Assembly (NCBI GenBank): GCA_965541585.1
Contig: CBEUCH010000014.1
Coordinates: forward strand, 12,670 to 76,669
Direction of reading: 5' to 3'
Length of the DNA: 64,000 nucleotides
DNA from: an uncultured bacterium
GTDB taxonomy: Bacteria > Zixibacteria > MSB-5A5 > UBA10806
The translations under genes and the position numbers were made by a program. Of this stretch, positions 50,401-59,691 are shown piece after piece (the first letter of the stretch is position 1; each line of letters begins with the position of its first letter). A model generated the notes under the pieces. It saw nothing but the letters and a program-made list of their open reading frames with translations, did no database searches and was not told the origin of the DNA.

Positions 50401-50508
50401 ACGATCTCTACGATAGATCCGTCGGGGATAGCTCTAGCCGGTATACAAGCGTTATTGGATGAAATCGAACTATTGAAAGCCCGTATCGCCGAGCTTGAAG
50501 GTAAGTAA
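47434..50508 (+). CDS. large exported repeat protein: tandemly duplicated ~320 aa fibre-like module with Gly-rich short repeats, plus C-terminal S74 intramolecular-chaperone (endosialidase/tail-fibre type) domain
   Basis: Strong SD aaggagag before ATG 47434. Signal peptide. Repeated ..ATVGGG.xN.ASG.. units. Two copies of GW(V/I)DDGN..RLET..DSVGIGTATPSEKL(E/D)V... . C-terminus SDSTLKRNI...IELLKARIAELEGK. Confidence 0.65.
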   Translation: MFSSGKSVSGLIGALLFSATMSTIGAQAENDVAGDVKSSGLITSVPRTMSYQGYLKDAGGLPVSDTLEITFRIYDVESGGSALWTETVAAVSIIDGNFTAIVGETTPINLSFDVDYWMSLQVEGDPLEMDPRLKLHMSAYAARSDTTDYALNSDLLDGLDSGDFAGSAHDHDADYVNEGQANSVTGAMVVDGTVQFGDIGQNGASAGQIMKWNGSAWIADNDETGPGGGSGWVDDGNYIRLETGTDSVGIGTATPSEKLEVAGSILVTDKATIGPSNSNTGANAFVAGLANTVSGDWTTIGGGRINTASGHDAVIGGGRGNTASSSYYATVGGGNENTAGAGGATISGGRFNLCNADYATVGGGYADTASGASSTIGGGWSNIASGVEATVSGGQMNIAAGQQASIGGGSQNSASGFRATVGGGVGNFATGDNATIAGGFGNHATANGATVGGGSTNTASGTAATVPGGNMNEAAGIYSFAAGRRAKANHIGAFVWADQTNSDFASTGVDQFLIRASGGVGIGTTSPASELDVAGTIQATGFMMTTGASDGYILTSDASGSGSWQSPAPSGGWIDDGNAVRLETVNDSVGIGTATPSEKLDVSGNILVSGTATIGTGHTNTGTSAFLAGENNTASGNYTAVGGGLNNTSSANYATVSGGWNNNAGEINATVGGGWDNAANGQYSVVAGGRENTAGIDFASVGGGAYNFAGISSYATVAGGYADTASGGYATVSGGQSNIASEQNAAVGGGSNNSASGTYATVAGGRDNISSGQNATIGGGTTNTANGGSATVAGGGNNISSGSSSTIGGGDSNTSGASSSTVGGGKRNNASGYVSTIGGGQDNIASNQYATVPGGYLNEATGIYSFAAGRRAKANHDGAFVWGDRTNADITSSAADEFKIRASGGTYLYSNSSLTAGVTLAAGASSWSSVSDSTLKRNIRQVNGEEILEKLAQLPISQWSYKAQDESIEHIGPMAQDFYEIFGLGADNKTISTIDPSGIALAGIQALLDEIELLKARIAELEGK

Positions 50509-50766
50509 TACGAGATAGACTATTAAAGATATGAATAGGGAATAAAGAACTCCCAACTCTTGCATTATTGTGAGGGTGTCCACCGGAACAAGTTCAGCGA
50601 CCCGAATCGGTCGGAAAGCTTTTAAACCTAACAGTTGAAAAAGCGGGCAATATCCGTTAAATTTATTGATATTGTAATTGGATTAGAGGAACGTTTTGAG
50701 TGTAAATTCGATCGTGTAGAATTAGCGGCTATTAATGGAAAAGCCGAAAGCCCGAAAGGACCCGGA

Positions 50767-51669
50767 ATGAAAAGAGTTAAGATTTTGATTGTCGCCATAA
50801 TTGCGTCAAACGTTCTGTTTCACGCATGTGGCGGAGGAAAGAAGTCATCCCCGGATCTGAGCTGTTCGGATTTTTTACCGGAGGAAATTGCTCAAGCCGG
50901 AATCGAACGATCGTCGGAGATAAGAACTTTTGAGGGCGAATCACTTTTTGAATATATCAATGGCGGAGCCGAAATCTACCATTCGTATAACTTCGTTGAG
51001 GTCGCCGCGGCAAATTATACATCCAACGGTATGGAGATGGCGGCGGATATCTATCGCTTTGAGAATTCGGATAATGCGTATGGATTATTCGCCTCGTTTC
51101 GGCCGGATAATCCGGCGTTCGTCGTGCTCGGCGCTGAAGGATTCAGTTCTCCAACGAGTATCGATTTCGTCAAAGGGCCGTTTGTTGTCAGGGTAATTGG
51201 ATTTGAAGAGTCAGCCGAGATCGAACAGGCAATAAATGTGCTGGCATCGGAAATTAACGGCATCTTACCGGCAGACGATCGTCTTCCTCAAAAGTTCTCT
51301 CTTTTTCCGGGGGGGGATATTATCGACGCCACCGATAGAATCTACGCCGAATCGTTTCTCGGTCATGGTTTCCTGGCTGACGTATACACCCGAAAATATA
51401 GACTGGACGGCGATACGCTTACCTTATTTATGACTGAAGATGGATCGGGAGAGAAATTCAGTATGTGGTTTGAGTCCGGCGCTGTCGACGGTTCGGCGGA
51501 GCCTGCCGCCGAATATCTTTTATTCGATGACGGAAGAGCCTTTGTAATTGAAAATAACTACTATGGAATGATCGTAGCCGGCCTGAAAGGCGGGGACTTG
51601 CTGGGGGGAATAAATTACAGCGATGATAAGAAAGATTTCCTGACGGCCTGGCTTGATTCGTTCTATTGA
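50767..51669 (+). CDS. hypothetical exported protein
   Basis: ORF 50635..51669 with likely start MKRVKILIV and signal peptide. No motif recognised. Confidence 0.45.
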   Translation: MKRVKILIVAIIASNVLFHACGGGKKSSPDLSCSDFLPEEIAQAGIERSSEIRTFEGESLFEYINGGAEIYHSYNFVEVAAANYTSNGMEMAADIYRFENSDNAYGLFASFRPDNPAFVVLGAEGFSSPTSIDFVKGPFVVRVIGFEESAEIEQAINVLASEINGILPADDRLPQKFSLFPGGDIIDATDRIYAESFLGHGFLADVYTRKYRLDGDTLTLFMTEDGSGEKFSMWFESGAVDGSAEPAAEYLLFDDGRAFVIENNYYGMIVAGLKGGDLLGGINYSDDKKDFLTAWLDSFY

Positions 51670-51712
51670 TCTTCCGGATGTGCTCGAGGATCAATCTCGT
51701 CTCTTAAAGGCT

Positions 51713-52951
51713 CTATGCATACATCGTCTTAAGTTCGCCGATTCTTCGATGAATATCAACCGCATTGGCGCATTGAGCTAAGCACTGCGCACATGATGTG
51801 CATGCCTGGATGCCTCTGGATCTGGGAATGTCATCTAATACCGCCCGGGCATGATGGAAATTCGCATATTGGGCAGCATACATATGTGTTCTCATGAGCG
51901 TCGGCACGTCGGCGCCCTTCGGACAGGATGGCACACATTGACGGCATTGCCGGCAAAATCCCATGCTCAACGTGATGCTGTTGTCTGAGAGAAACTCCTT
52001 TTCCTCGGGTGTATATTCCAAGTTTCCAGCGACGGAGAAGTCCTCATGCATATGCTCGAAGTTGTTGTATCCCGGAATTGCAGTGGTAATATTTTCGTTG
52101 CGCATCACCCATTTGAGGCAGGCCGTGGCGATTGTTGTGCTCTTGAATCTTCTAAGTGTTTCGGGATTCGGTAACCTTGGCCCGCCGGCCTGGGTCTTCA
52201 TGGCTATTATGCCGACGCCCTTAGATGCTGCATTTTCGATGGCGCTTAAAAGGTCGACATCGTCGGCCATGGCAACATTGATAGCCGTAAGTACAACGTC
52301 ATAAAATCCTTTCTCGGCGACCGCATTTATAACCTCTGACATTGCTTCATGCGTGGATACGCCGACAAATCTTATTTTCCCCTGCTTTTTTAATAGCGCC
52401 AGCGCTTCCATGACATCCGGGTCGTTGACTTCCTCGGCGCTGGTTACCGTGTGGATATACAATATATCGATATAATCAGTTTTAAGGCGATTGAGACTGC
52501 CCTCGCAAAGATCGATCAGCTTCTCTTTGACCAGCTTCGGCGTCATATCGCCTCGCTGAACCGGTCTGAGCTCCTTGGTGGCGATTACCACCTTATCTCT
52601 TACTCCTAATTGTTTGATGACGCTGCCAACCATCTGCTCATTTCGTCCATACTGATACCGAGCCGCAGTGTCGAAATGGCGAACACCGATCTCGTAAGAT
52701 GCCTGTACTATCTCCGGGTTGTTGGCATTCATAACACCCATACTGACTATGGGAATTTTCAAACCTGTTCTACCAAGCGTGCGGTACAGAATTTCTCCCT
52801 TGGAATTGGCCGTCTCTTTGGTTTCCTGGGCCAGAACCATCCCGGGTGAGAGGCCCAGGATACTCGTTGTAGCTAAGCCGGTTATCGATGTTGACAGAAA
52901 TCCTCTTCTTGTAAACTTACTATCTCCCATTGCGTCCTCCATCGGTGCCAT
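51713..52951 (-). CDS. aldo/keto reductase fused to C-terminal 4Fe-4S cluster domain, with Tat signal
   Basis: Twin-arginine leader FTRRGFLSTSITGLATTSILG, AKR core, and CxxCxxC...C cysteine clusters at the C-terminus. Confidence 0.7.
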   Translation of the reverse strand: MAPMEDAMGDSKFTRRGFLSTSITGLATTSILGLSPGMVLAQETKETANSKGEILYRTLGRTGLKIPIVSMGVMNANNPEIVQASYEIGVRHFDTAARYQYGRNEQMVGSVIKQLGVRDKVVIATKELRPVQRGDMTPKLVKEKLIDLCEGSLNRLKTDYIDILYIHTVTSAEEVNDPDVMEALALLKKQGKIRFVGVSTHEAMSEVINAVAEKGFYDVVLTAINVAMADDVDLLSAIENAASKGVGIIAMKTQAGGPRLPNPETLRRFKSTTIATACLKWVMRNENITTAIPGYNNFEHMHEDFSVAGNLEYTPEEKEFLSDNSITLSMGFCRQCRQCVPSCPKGADVPTLMRTHMYAAQYANFHHARAVLDDIPRSRGIQACTSCAQCLAQCANAVDIHRRIGELKTMYA

Positions 52952-53054
52952 CTACCAAAGAGCCTTATCTTAGCCTGGCAAATATTCCCTGAATGAATTT
53001 GTTTAGCAAGACCTAATGCTTTTATTCTCCCAACTTTTTATAATCGTTCCTGGT

Positions 53055-54623
53055 CTATCCTTCCAGCCTTTTCAAGCTCTCTTCAGCGTGATTCTTGATG
53101 GCCTCTTTCAACTGTTCCGAAGTTGTTGTGTCTCCGGGCAGAGCTTCCAGAGCTTTCCTGAGGTATTTGATTGCCTGCTCATTCTGGCCGCTCGCTTCAC
53201 ATGCCTCGGCGAGACTGTCCCAGGTATTGGCGGAAAGCGGATACGCATCGCTATTCATTTTGAATATCCTGATAGCATCGTCGAAATTTCCCATCTGAAG
53301 AAATTGGTAACCGATGGCATTGAATACGGCCTCAGTGAAAAACACCCGTCCGGAATCCTTGAATTTTTCATATATCTCAAAAGCTTTCTCTACGCTGTCT
53401 TCTCTTATGATACCCATAAATTGCGCTGGTGTTGGTGGAACCTCTCCGGCCGGCTGAAACCTGTATTCGATTCCCTTTTTTTCATCGAAGTCTTCCAAAA
53501 ACCGTCGGCTCTCGTTATCATCGTTCAGATGAGCATTGAGAAAATTGAACACATAGAAGCACAATTCATCGTAATGGGCTCCGTCTGTCTCCTGCGGTTG
53601 AGTCTCTCCACGCAGAATCATAGATGATGACTTTCCATAACTGGTAAGATCCAAGTGGTTCAGCCGGCTGAATTTCACTGAGTATCTTTGAGAATATTCG
53701 AATGAGTCGACCAGAGAGAAGTCAACGGATTCTATCTCTCCGGAGTAGATCTGTGCCAGGGGGGAAGTCATCCTCTGAACATCGTAGTATGGATTTCGCC
53801 GCGCCTGTTCGAGATTGTCCTCTGAAATATATGACCCATCAAAGCTCGCCATAGCATCTATGTCGCTGTTGCGCATTTGCAGAAGCAAGGCCGCCAGACC
53901 TCCCGAGCCGCAGCCCACGACTCCAAATTTGTTGACGTTTACGTTCGGGAGATCACGCGCAGTAGCGATAATATATTCCATATCCCTGACAACTGTTTCG
54001 ATATCTCGTTGATCGAGCGCGGGATTTAAACCCGTCATTCCTACCGAATGGGTGGTCGCCACCATGAATCCCCGGCTGGCCAGGTATTCACATAAGACCA
54101 GATTCTCAGATATTCCTCTACTTAGCTCAGGGCTGTAAATTATCAGGGGAAATGATCCCGCCTGCGGAGGGGCGTCCCTGATTGCGCCAACTTTCACGCT
54201 GAGCAGATCCAGGACGCCGCCGCGGTTGTTCTCCAGCAGACGATGCAGCCATTGAATTTCACGACCCTGGATTTCCGACAAAAAATCGAAAAATCTGCTG
54301 TCCTCAGGATAGGGAAAAACATATTCCCCGTATACCATCGGTGATAACTCCGTTGTCGTTTGGGCGGGATACCAGATGCAGATCTGAATCGGACGAGCCC
54401 TCTCACCGTCAGTCGGCCTGCCGAAATAGTCGTGCTTGGCCCTGGATACTCTCGAATTGTCATACTTTTCAATCGTTTTAAATCCGACCGCATACGGGCC
54501 GGGCTCGAGGTTTCCCCATATCGCCGGTGTTTTGCCAATTGCGCTGGTTCGACTGATGAAGATGAATAATATTAGAGAAACCGTAATCACCAGATAGAAT
54601 CTTATACCTTTGAGCATTTTCAC
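53055..54623 (-). CDS. alpha/beta hydrolase (dienelactone hydrolase / PAF-acetylhydrolase-like) with C-terminal TPR repeats
   Basis: Signal peptide, GCGSGG nucleophile elbow-like motif, TPR-like C-terminus. Confidence 0.55.
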   Translation of the reverse strand: MKMLKGIRFYLVITVSLILFIFISRTSAIGKTPAIWGNLEPGPYAVGFKTIEKYDNSRVSRAKHDYFGRPTDGERARPIQICIWYPAQTTTELSPMVYGEYVFPYPEDSRFFDFLSEIQGREIQWLHRLLENNRGGVLDLLSVKVGAIRDAPPQAGSFPLIIYSPELSRGISENLVLCEYLASRGFMVATTHSVGMTGLNPALDQRDIETVVRDMEYIIATARDLPNVNVNKFGVVGCGSGGLAALLLQMRNSDIDAMASFDGSYISEDNLEQARRNPYYDVQRMTSPLAQIYSGEIESVDFSLVDSFEYSQRYSVKFSRLNHLDLTSYGKSSSMILRGETQPQETDGAHYDELCFYVFNFLNAHLNDDNESRRFLEDFDEKKGIEYRFQPAGEVPPTPAQFMGIIREDSVEKAFEIYEKFKDSGRVFFTEAVFNAIGYQFLQMGNFDDAIRIFKMNSDAYPLSANTWDSLAEACEASGQNEQAIKYLRKALEALPGDTTTSEQLKEAIKNHAEESLKRLEG

Positions 54624-54818
54624 CCTGCCTTTTCAAGCATTCTGATCGGAATTATCTTCTTTATCATGGTGGCTCGATAAGACCATCACCTTATACCGGA
54701 TACGGGAAATAGAGCCTGTTGTTGCCTGTTTTCGGAATCAAGTTCCGGTAACAAACCGCTCATGACTATTTTTCCTCGTAATGACCTCTGGATGATGGCG
54801 AATGATTGATTCGGTCTC

Positions 54819-56147
54819 TTACTTTCGCTCACCGGCTAACCACTCTTCCACTGCCGTGCGCTCCCTGGGAATTTGTGCGGAGAGAATCTTATGTCCTTTT
54901 CGGGTTACCAGGATATCATCCTCAATGCGGACTCCGATTTCGAGATCGGGCAAATAGATTCCCGGTTCGACAGTTATGACCATCCCCGGCGCCAGCGGCA
55001 CCCAGGGATCGGAGAGATCGTGTACTGCCAATCCTAAATGATGCGATGTTGAATGGATGAAATCATCGGCATAACCCGCCTGACGGATGATATCCCTCGC
55101 GATCTCATCAATTTCGCGCAAGGTAATCCCGGGTTTGATGGCGTCTATGGCTGCATTTTGTGCACTGAGCACAATGTCGTAGATTTTTGCCTGTTCGGCG
55201 GAGAACGTGCCATCTACCGGCAGGGTACGACTGATATCGGAGGCGTAATGATCCCACTCAGCGCCGACATCCAGCAAAAGCAATTGGCCGGCAGTTAATG
55301 CCTGGTTGCGTTTCTCGTAGTGGAGTATGGTTGTTTCCTCTCCCGCGCCGACGATTGGCGAAAAAGCCATGTGCTGCGCACCGCGCCTCTTGAACGATTC
55401 CTCGAGTATACCGTCAAGCTGGAATTCTTTAACGCCGGGCTTTATCGATGCCAGAAGTTCCGTTAATCCTTCATAAGTTACTTGAATCGCCGTTTCTATC
55501 GCTGCAATCTCCTCGCCTGTTTTTATCATTCTCATCGATTCAAGAAAGCGCGAGGAATTCTCGATTTTGACTCCGGGAATACGTTCCTTGACCTTTTCGT
55601 AATATTCCAGATCCGGCGGAACGTCCACCGAGGGTTTTACTATCTTTGAAATAAGGTGCAGCGTTGGATTTTGCTTCATCTGCGACACGATCAGGCCGTC
55701 AAGGGAGCGTATTCTATAGATGCGATCGAATCCCCATGCGACCTTCAGTGATTCGGATAGCGCGGGACGTATCCCGGTCCAGCGTTCAGCCTCGATATCC
55801 CGGGGAGGCAGAAGCAAAACCTGTCTATCGACTGCTTCCGGGCACAAAACCAGGATAGCATCCGGCTCGTCAAGGCCGGTCAGATACCAGAAATTACCGT
55901 CGGAACGATAACCGGTATCGCCACTGTAACCCTGCGAATAGAGTACCGCGGTCCCAGCGCCGATGGAATCAAGCAAAGCTAACCTACGTTTCTTAAACTC
56001 CTCCATGCCGATTTGCCGCCGATCAGAATTGTCCGGATTCTGCGCACTTATACCCACAACTCCCAGGATATAAGACGATATGAAGATCAATACCGATATT
56101 ATACAAAAGAGGCGCCTGCTATCACGTTTATGGAGCTTGTTTTTCAT
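54819..56147 (-). CDS. Xaa-Pro aminopeptidase (M24B)
   Basis: N-terminal creatinase-like domain and pita-bread core with HxxGLxVHD and metal-ligand residues. Confidence 0.8.
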   Translation of the reverse strand: MKNKLHKRDSRRLFCIISVLIFISSYILGVVGISAQNPDNSDRRQIGMEEFKKRRLALLDSIGAGTAVLYSQGYSGDTGYRSDGNFWYLTGLDEPDAILVLCPEAVDRQVLLLPPRDIEAERWTGIRPALSESLKVAWGFDRIYRIRSLDGLIVSQMKQNPTLHLISKIVKPSVDVPPDLEYYEKVKERIPGVKIENSSRFLESMRMIKTGEEIAAIETAIQVTYEGLTELLASIKPGVKEFQLDGILEESFKRRGAQHMAFSPIVGAGEETTILHYEKRNQALTAGQLLLLDVGAEWDHYASDISRTLPVDGTFSAEQAKIYDIVLSAQNAAIDAIKPGITLREIDEIARDIIRQAGYADDFIHSTSHHLGLAVHDLSDPWVPLAPGMVITVEPGIYLPDLEIGVRIEDDILVTRKGHKILSAQIPRERTAVEEWLAGERK

Positions 56148-56416
56148 ACTTTACCGACCTTTAAGAAGAACCTTTCTGACATACGAACTCTATCGACTCA
56201 TCTTAATGTATCCTATGAGAAGAATTCGATTTTTTCAAGCTCGTTCTTTTACCTATTGCAGCCAACCCGCACCCGTCGTTTAACAGCGTATAGCTTTTCT
56301 CTGAGCGATTTAATGTATTACTGACAGGGGCCGGAATTTGTCTTAAAATGCCTGCAGGGCTGACAATCGTAGTGACGGTTGGGAGAATTCGGTTCAAATT
56401 TGTTGAGGAGGTCCTC

Positions 56417-57640
56417 ATGTCTTCATTCGTTGCCCATATGGAAAGCGCTATCGACGGAACGCTTCTGCCCGCAGATAGGCCTCAAACCACTCATGCCGAC
56501 AAGCCTCTATGGGTTCGCTATGATCTGGATGCCATCCGAAAAGCATTGACCAGGGAAAAGCTGAAGGATCGAGAGCCGACAATCTGGCGTTATAGAGAAT
56601 TGCTTCCCCCCGGCATAGACGATGAGGTTATCTCGCTGGGGGAGGGAATGACTCCGCTGCTCCGCTGCTCGAACCTGGGAGCAAAGATCGGATCGGATGA
56701 TCTGTGGATCAAAGACGAGTCACAATTGCCGACCGGCAGCTTCAAGAGCCGTGGACTCGCCATGGCGATTAACATGGCACACAAGTTCGGGATTAAGCGG
56801 GTCGCCGTTCCCACCGCCGGAAATGCCGGTGCCGCAACGGCCGCTTACGCTGCGCGGGCCGGTATAGAAGCTTATGTTTTTATGCCCGAGGATACGCCGT
56901 CGATCAATCAATACGAGACACATCTTTATGGAGCCCGGACCTTTCTTGTCAACGGTCTCATAGCCGATTGCGGCAGGATCGTCCGAGAGGGCAAGGAGGC
57001 TATGGACTGGTTCGATCTTTCCACTCTCAAGGAACCATATCGTATAGAGGGGAAAAAGACAATGGGTCTGGAGTTGGCGGAGCAGTTTAACTGGGAGCTG
57101 CCTGACGTGATTCTCTATCCCACCGGAGGCGGCACCGGTTTGATCGGCATCTGGAAGGCATTCGAGGAACTGGGTGAATTAGGGTGGCTCAAAAATGAGA
57201 AACGACCGCGTATGGTGGCTGTTCAATCCGATGGATGTTGTCCAATCGTTAGCGCTTTCGAGTCGGGGAAACGTTTCGCCGAACCCTTCGCGGGCCCAAA
57301 AACTATCGCCAGCGGCATAAGGGTGCCGTCGGCTGTGGGTGATTTCATGATCCTGGATACGATCCGGGCCAGCGGAGGCCGGGCTGTTGCAGTGGAGGAG
57401 AAGCGTTTAAGAGAATGGATGAACCTGGCAATCTCTACCGAAGGTATATCGATTTGCCCGGAGACCGCGGCCTGCGTTGGAGCGCTCGAGCTTTTGACTT
57501 CCGAGGGCTGGATTACACGTGGAGAGCGAACGGTTATTCTAAATACAGCAGCGGCACAGAAATACGTAGAGATCATAGCGCTCGACCTGCCGCGAATAGA
57601 CAAAGACATCCCTATCGATTGGGAGAGAATTATCGGCTGA
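56417..57640 (+). CDS. thrC: threonine synthase
   Basis: PLP-lysine motif GSFKSRG and PTAGNAGAA glycine-rich loop. SD gaggagg before ATG 56417. Confidence 0.85.
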   Translation: MSSFVAHMESAIDGTLLPADRPQTTHADKPLWVRYDLDAIRKALTREKLKDREPTIWRYRELLPPGIDDEVISLGEGMTPLLRCSNLGAKIGSDDLWIKDESQLPTGSFKSRGLAMAINMAHKFGIKRVAVPTAGNAGAATAAYAARAGIEAYVFMPEDTPSINQYETHLYGARTFLVNGLIADCGRIVREGKEAMDWFDLSTLKEPYRIEGKKTMGLELAEQFNWELPDVILYPTGGGTGLIGIWKAFEELGELGWLKNEKRPRMVAVQSDGCCPIVSAFESGKRFAEPFAGPKTIASGIRVPSAVGDFMILDTIRASGGRAVAVEEKRLREWMNLAISTEGISICPETAACVGALELLTSEGWITRGERTVILNTAAAQKYVEIIALDLPRIDKDIPIDWERIIG

Positions 57641-57648
57641 CGTTATTT

Positions 57649-59544
57649 CTATATTTCGCCGGACAATTGCTTTGCTAAGAAACTTTCCATCGCACGGTAG
57701 AAATCGAATTTATTTTCCTCGTTAACAAACCCATGCCCTTCGTTTTCTTTGACAATGTATTCGACTTCTATTCCGCGTTCCCTCAGGGCATTCACAATCT
57801 GGTCGGATTCTTCTTTATTCACTCTTGGATCATTGGCACCTTGAGCTACAAGAAGCGGTACTTTTATCTTGTCGATATGGAAAACCGGGGATACGGCTGC
57901 CAGAAGCGCACTGTCTTTCTCGGGATGGCCAACCATTTCATATATCATCTCTCTATAGGGCTCCCAGTATGGTGGAATGGCGTTCATCCAGGTAAAAATG
58001 TTGGAGACACCGACATAATCCACACCGCAGGTATAAAGATCCGGAGTAAAAGCAAGTCCGGCAAGAGTCGCATATCCGCCATAACTACCGCCATAAATAG
58101 CTATTCTCTCAGGATCGGCAATCTCCTGATCAATAAGCCAATTAACGCCGTCGGTTATATCGTCCTGCATCTTCTTGCCCCACTCCTTAAAAGAAGATTG
58201 CCAGAATTTCTTCCCGTAGCCAATCGATCCCCTGAAATTCATTTGAAAAACAGCATAGCCGCGATTGGCCAGAAACTGTATTTCCGGGCTGAAACGCCAG
58301 CTATCCCGGGCCCAGGGGCCACCGTGCGGGTTCACGACAACCGGAAGATTATTCGCTTTCTGCCCTTTCGGCATTGTCAAATAACCATGGATTGTCAATC
58401 CATCCCTTGATTTGTAAACAATCGGCTTCATTTCTGCCAGCTGGTCTTCGTCGAGCCAGGGATTTCTCTCCGCCAATTTTGTTATTTTGCCGGTCTCTTT
58501 TTCATAAAGATGATATGAGCCCAACGTGCGATCACTCAGAATTCGAACGATGAATACATCCTCGTCCCGATTGTTAAACGTGAGATGCACTTCGTAACCG
58601 GGGAATTTCTTATCTAATGTCTTATATAATTTTTTTGTTTCTTTGTCCAGCAATTCTCTTTCATACTTCCAGGTGACATATCCGATTTCTGTGAGCACTT
58701 TTCGTTTCCTGGAATAACTCATTCCACTCACATCCACATCAGGATGCTCATAGACCAATTCCAGTTCATTGTTGTTGGCCAGGTCATATTTTACTATGGC
58801 CTGTTTATCCCGTTCAAGATCGGATAGTGCGTAGATATATTTATTATCAAATGTAAAGAATAATGGCTGAAAGGTATCCTTAAAAGAGGTAGTCATTACC
58901 TTCTTAAAGGCCTCTTGTTCATTATTCCGATAGAGAATAGTATTATTTACGCCATCGGTCTCAGCGGCAATCCTGATACGGTAATCATGATCTGTTATCC
59001 ACTGAGTTACTTTACCGGGATTCTCAGCCGCCAATGTAAGTTCCCCGGTCACAGTATTAAGCCGATAGGCATCAAATACCTCTCGGTTCCTCCTGTTCAT
59101 CTGGATCAATATATCCGTATCGCTGTCTTTCATCTCGTCTATGATACTTACCTTGACACCCTCGAAAGGCGTCAGGTCCGCTTCATTTTCTCCGTTTCTG
59201 TCCACGCCAAAGACATGATAATTCTCGTCGCCTCCAAAATCGCGGATATAGAGAAGGCGATCATTACCTTTCCAGTAATACCACCAGATATCTCGATCGG
59301 TAACGGAAGTGATACGTTTCGCTTCCTGAGAGCCGACTTCCCGGACAAAAATGTTCATGCGTCTTTCGTAAGGCTGGGTGAACGAAATGTATTTGCCATC
59401 CGGCGAAATCTGAAAGTAGGCCTGCTGAGGATTTTTGAAGAAATCCTCCATAGGAATAAGAGCTGGCTGTTCAGTTGTGCACATAAGGGAGATCGAAAGC
59501 ATCATTACTAAAACAACAAGTCCCAGGAAAATCCTATTTCTCAT
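57649..59544 (-). CDS. S9-family serine peptidase (prolyl oligopeptidase / dipeptidyl-peptidase type) with N-terminal beta-propeller
   Basis: Catalytic GGSYGGY motif, signal peptide. 631 aa. Confidence 0.8.
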   Translation of the reverse strand: MRNRIFLGLVVLVMMLSISLMCTTEQPALIPMEDFFKNPQQAYFQISPDGKYISFTQPYERRMNIFVREVGSQEAKRITSVTDRDIWWYYWKGNDRLLYIRDFGGDENYHVFGVDRNGENEADLTPFEGVKVSIIDEMKDSDTDILIQMNRRNREVFDAYRLNTVTGELTLAAENPGKVTQWITDHDYRIRIAAETDGVNNTILYRNNEQEAFKKVMTTSFKDTFQPLFFTFDNKYIYALSDLERDKQAIVKYDLANNNELELVYEHPDVDVSGMSYSRKRKVLTEIGYVTWKYERELLDKETKKLYKTLDKKFPGYEVHLTFNNRDEDVFIVRILSDRTLGSYHLYEKETGKITKLAERNPWLDEDQLAEMKPIVYKSRDGLTIHGYLTMPKGQKANNLPVVVNPHGGPWARDSWRFSPEIQFLANRGYAVFQMNFRGSIGYGKKFWQSSFKEWGKKMQDDITDGVNWLIDQEIADPERIAIYGGSYGGYATLAGLAFTPDLYTCGVDYVGVSNIFTWMNAIPPYWEPYREMIYEMVGHPEKDSALLAAVSPVFHIDKIKVPLLVAQGANDPRVNKEESDQIVNALRERGIEVEYIVKENEGHGFVNEENKFDFYRAMESFLAKQLSGEI

Positions 59545-59691
59545 GATTCTATTCCTCCGGTTGATAAGTTGAGATTTCTTTTCTAAAAAGGGCGACCTTA
59601 TTATTCAATGCTTGCAGGAAAGCTACTAACCGCAGTTTGCGGAAATGAACAGGGAAACGATTGTCAGCCATTTTTCGAAATTTACCAGTCC

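Noticed and set aside
47371-51669. Possible prophage, suggested by the tail-fibre-like S74 domain protein
   Set aside because: There is no terminase, portal, capsid, tail tube, sheath or integrase gene anywhere in the window. Flanking genes are lipoprotein, ADH and an unknown exported protein.
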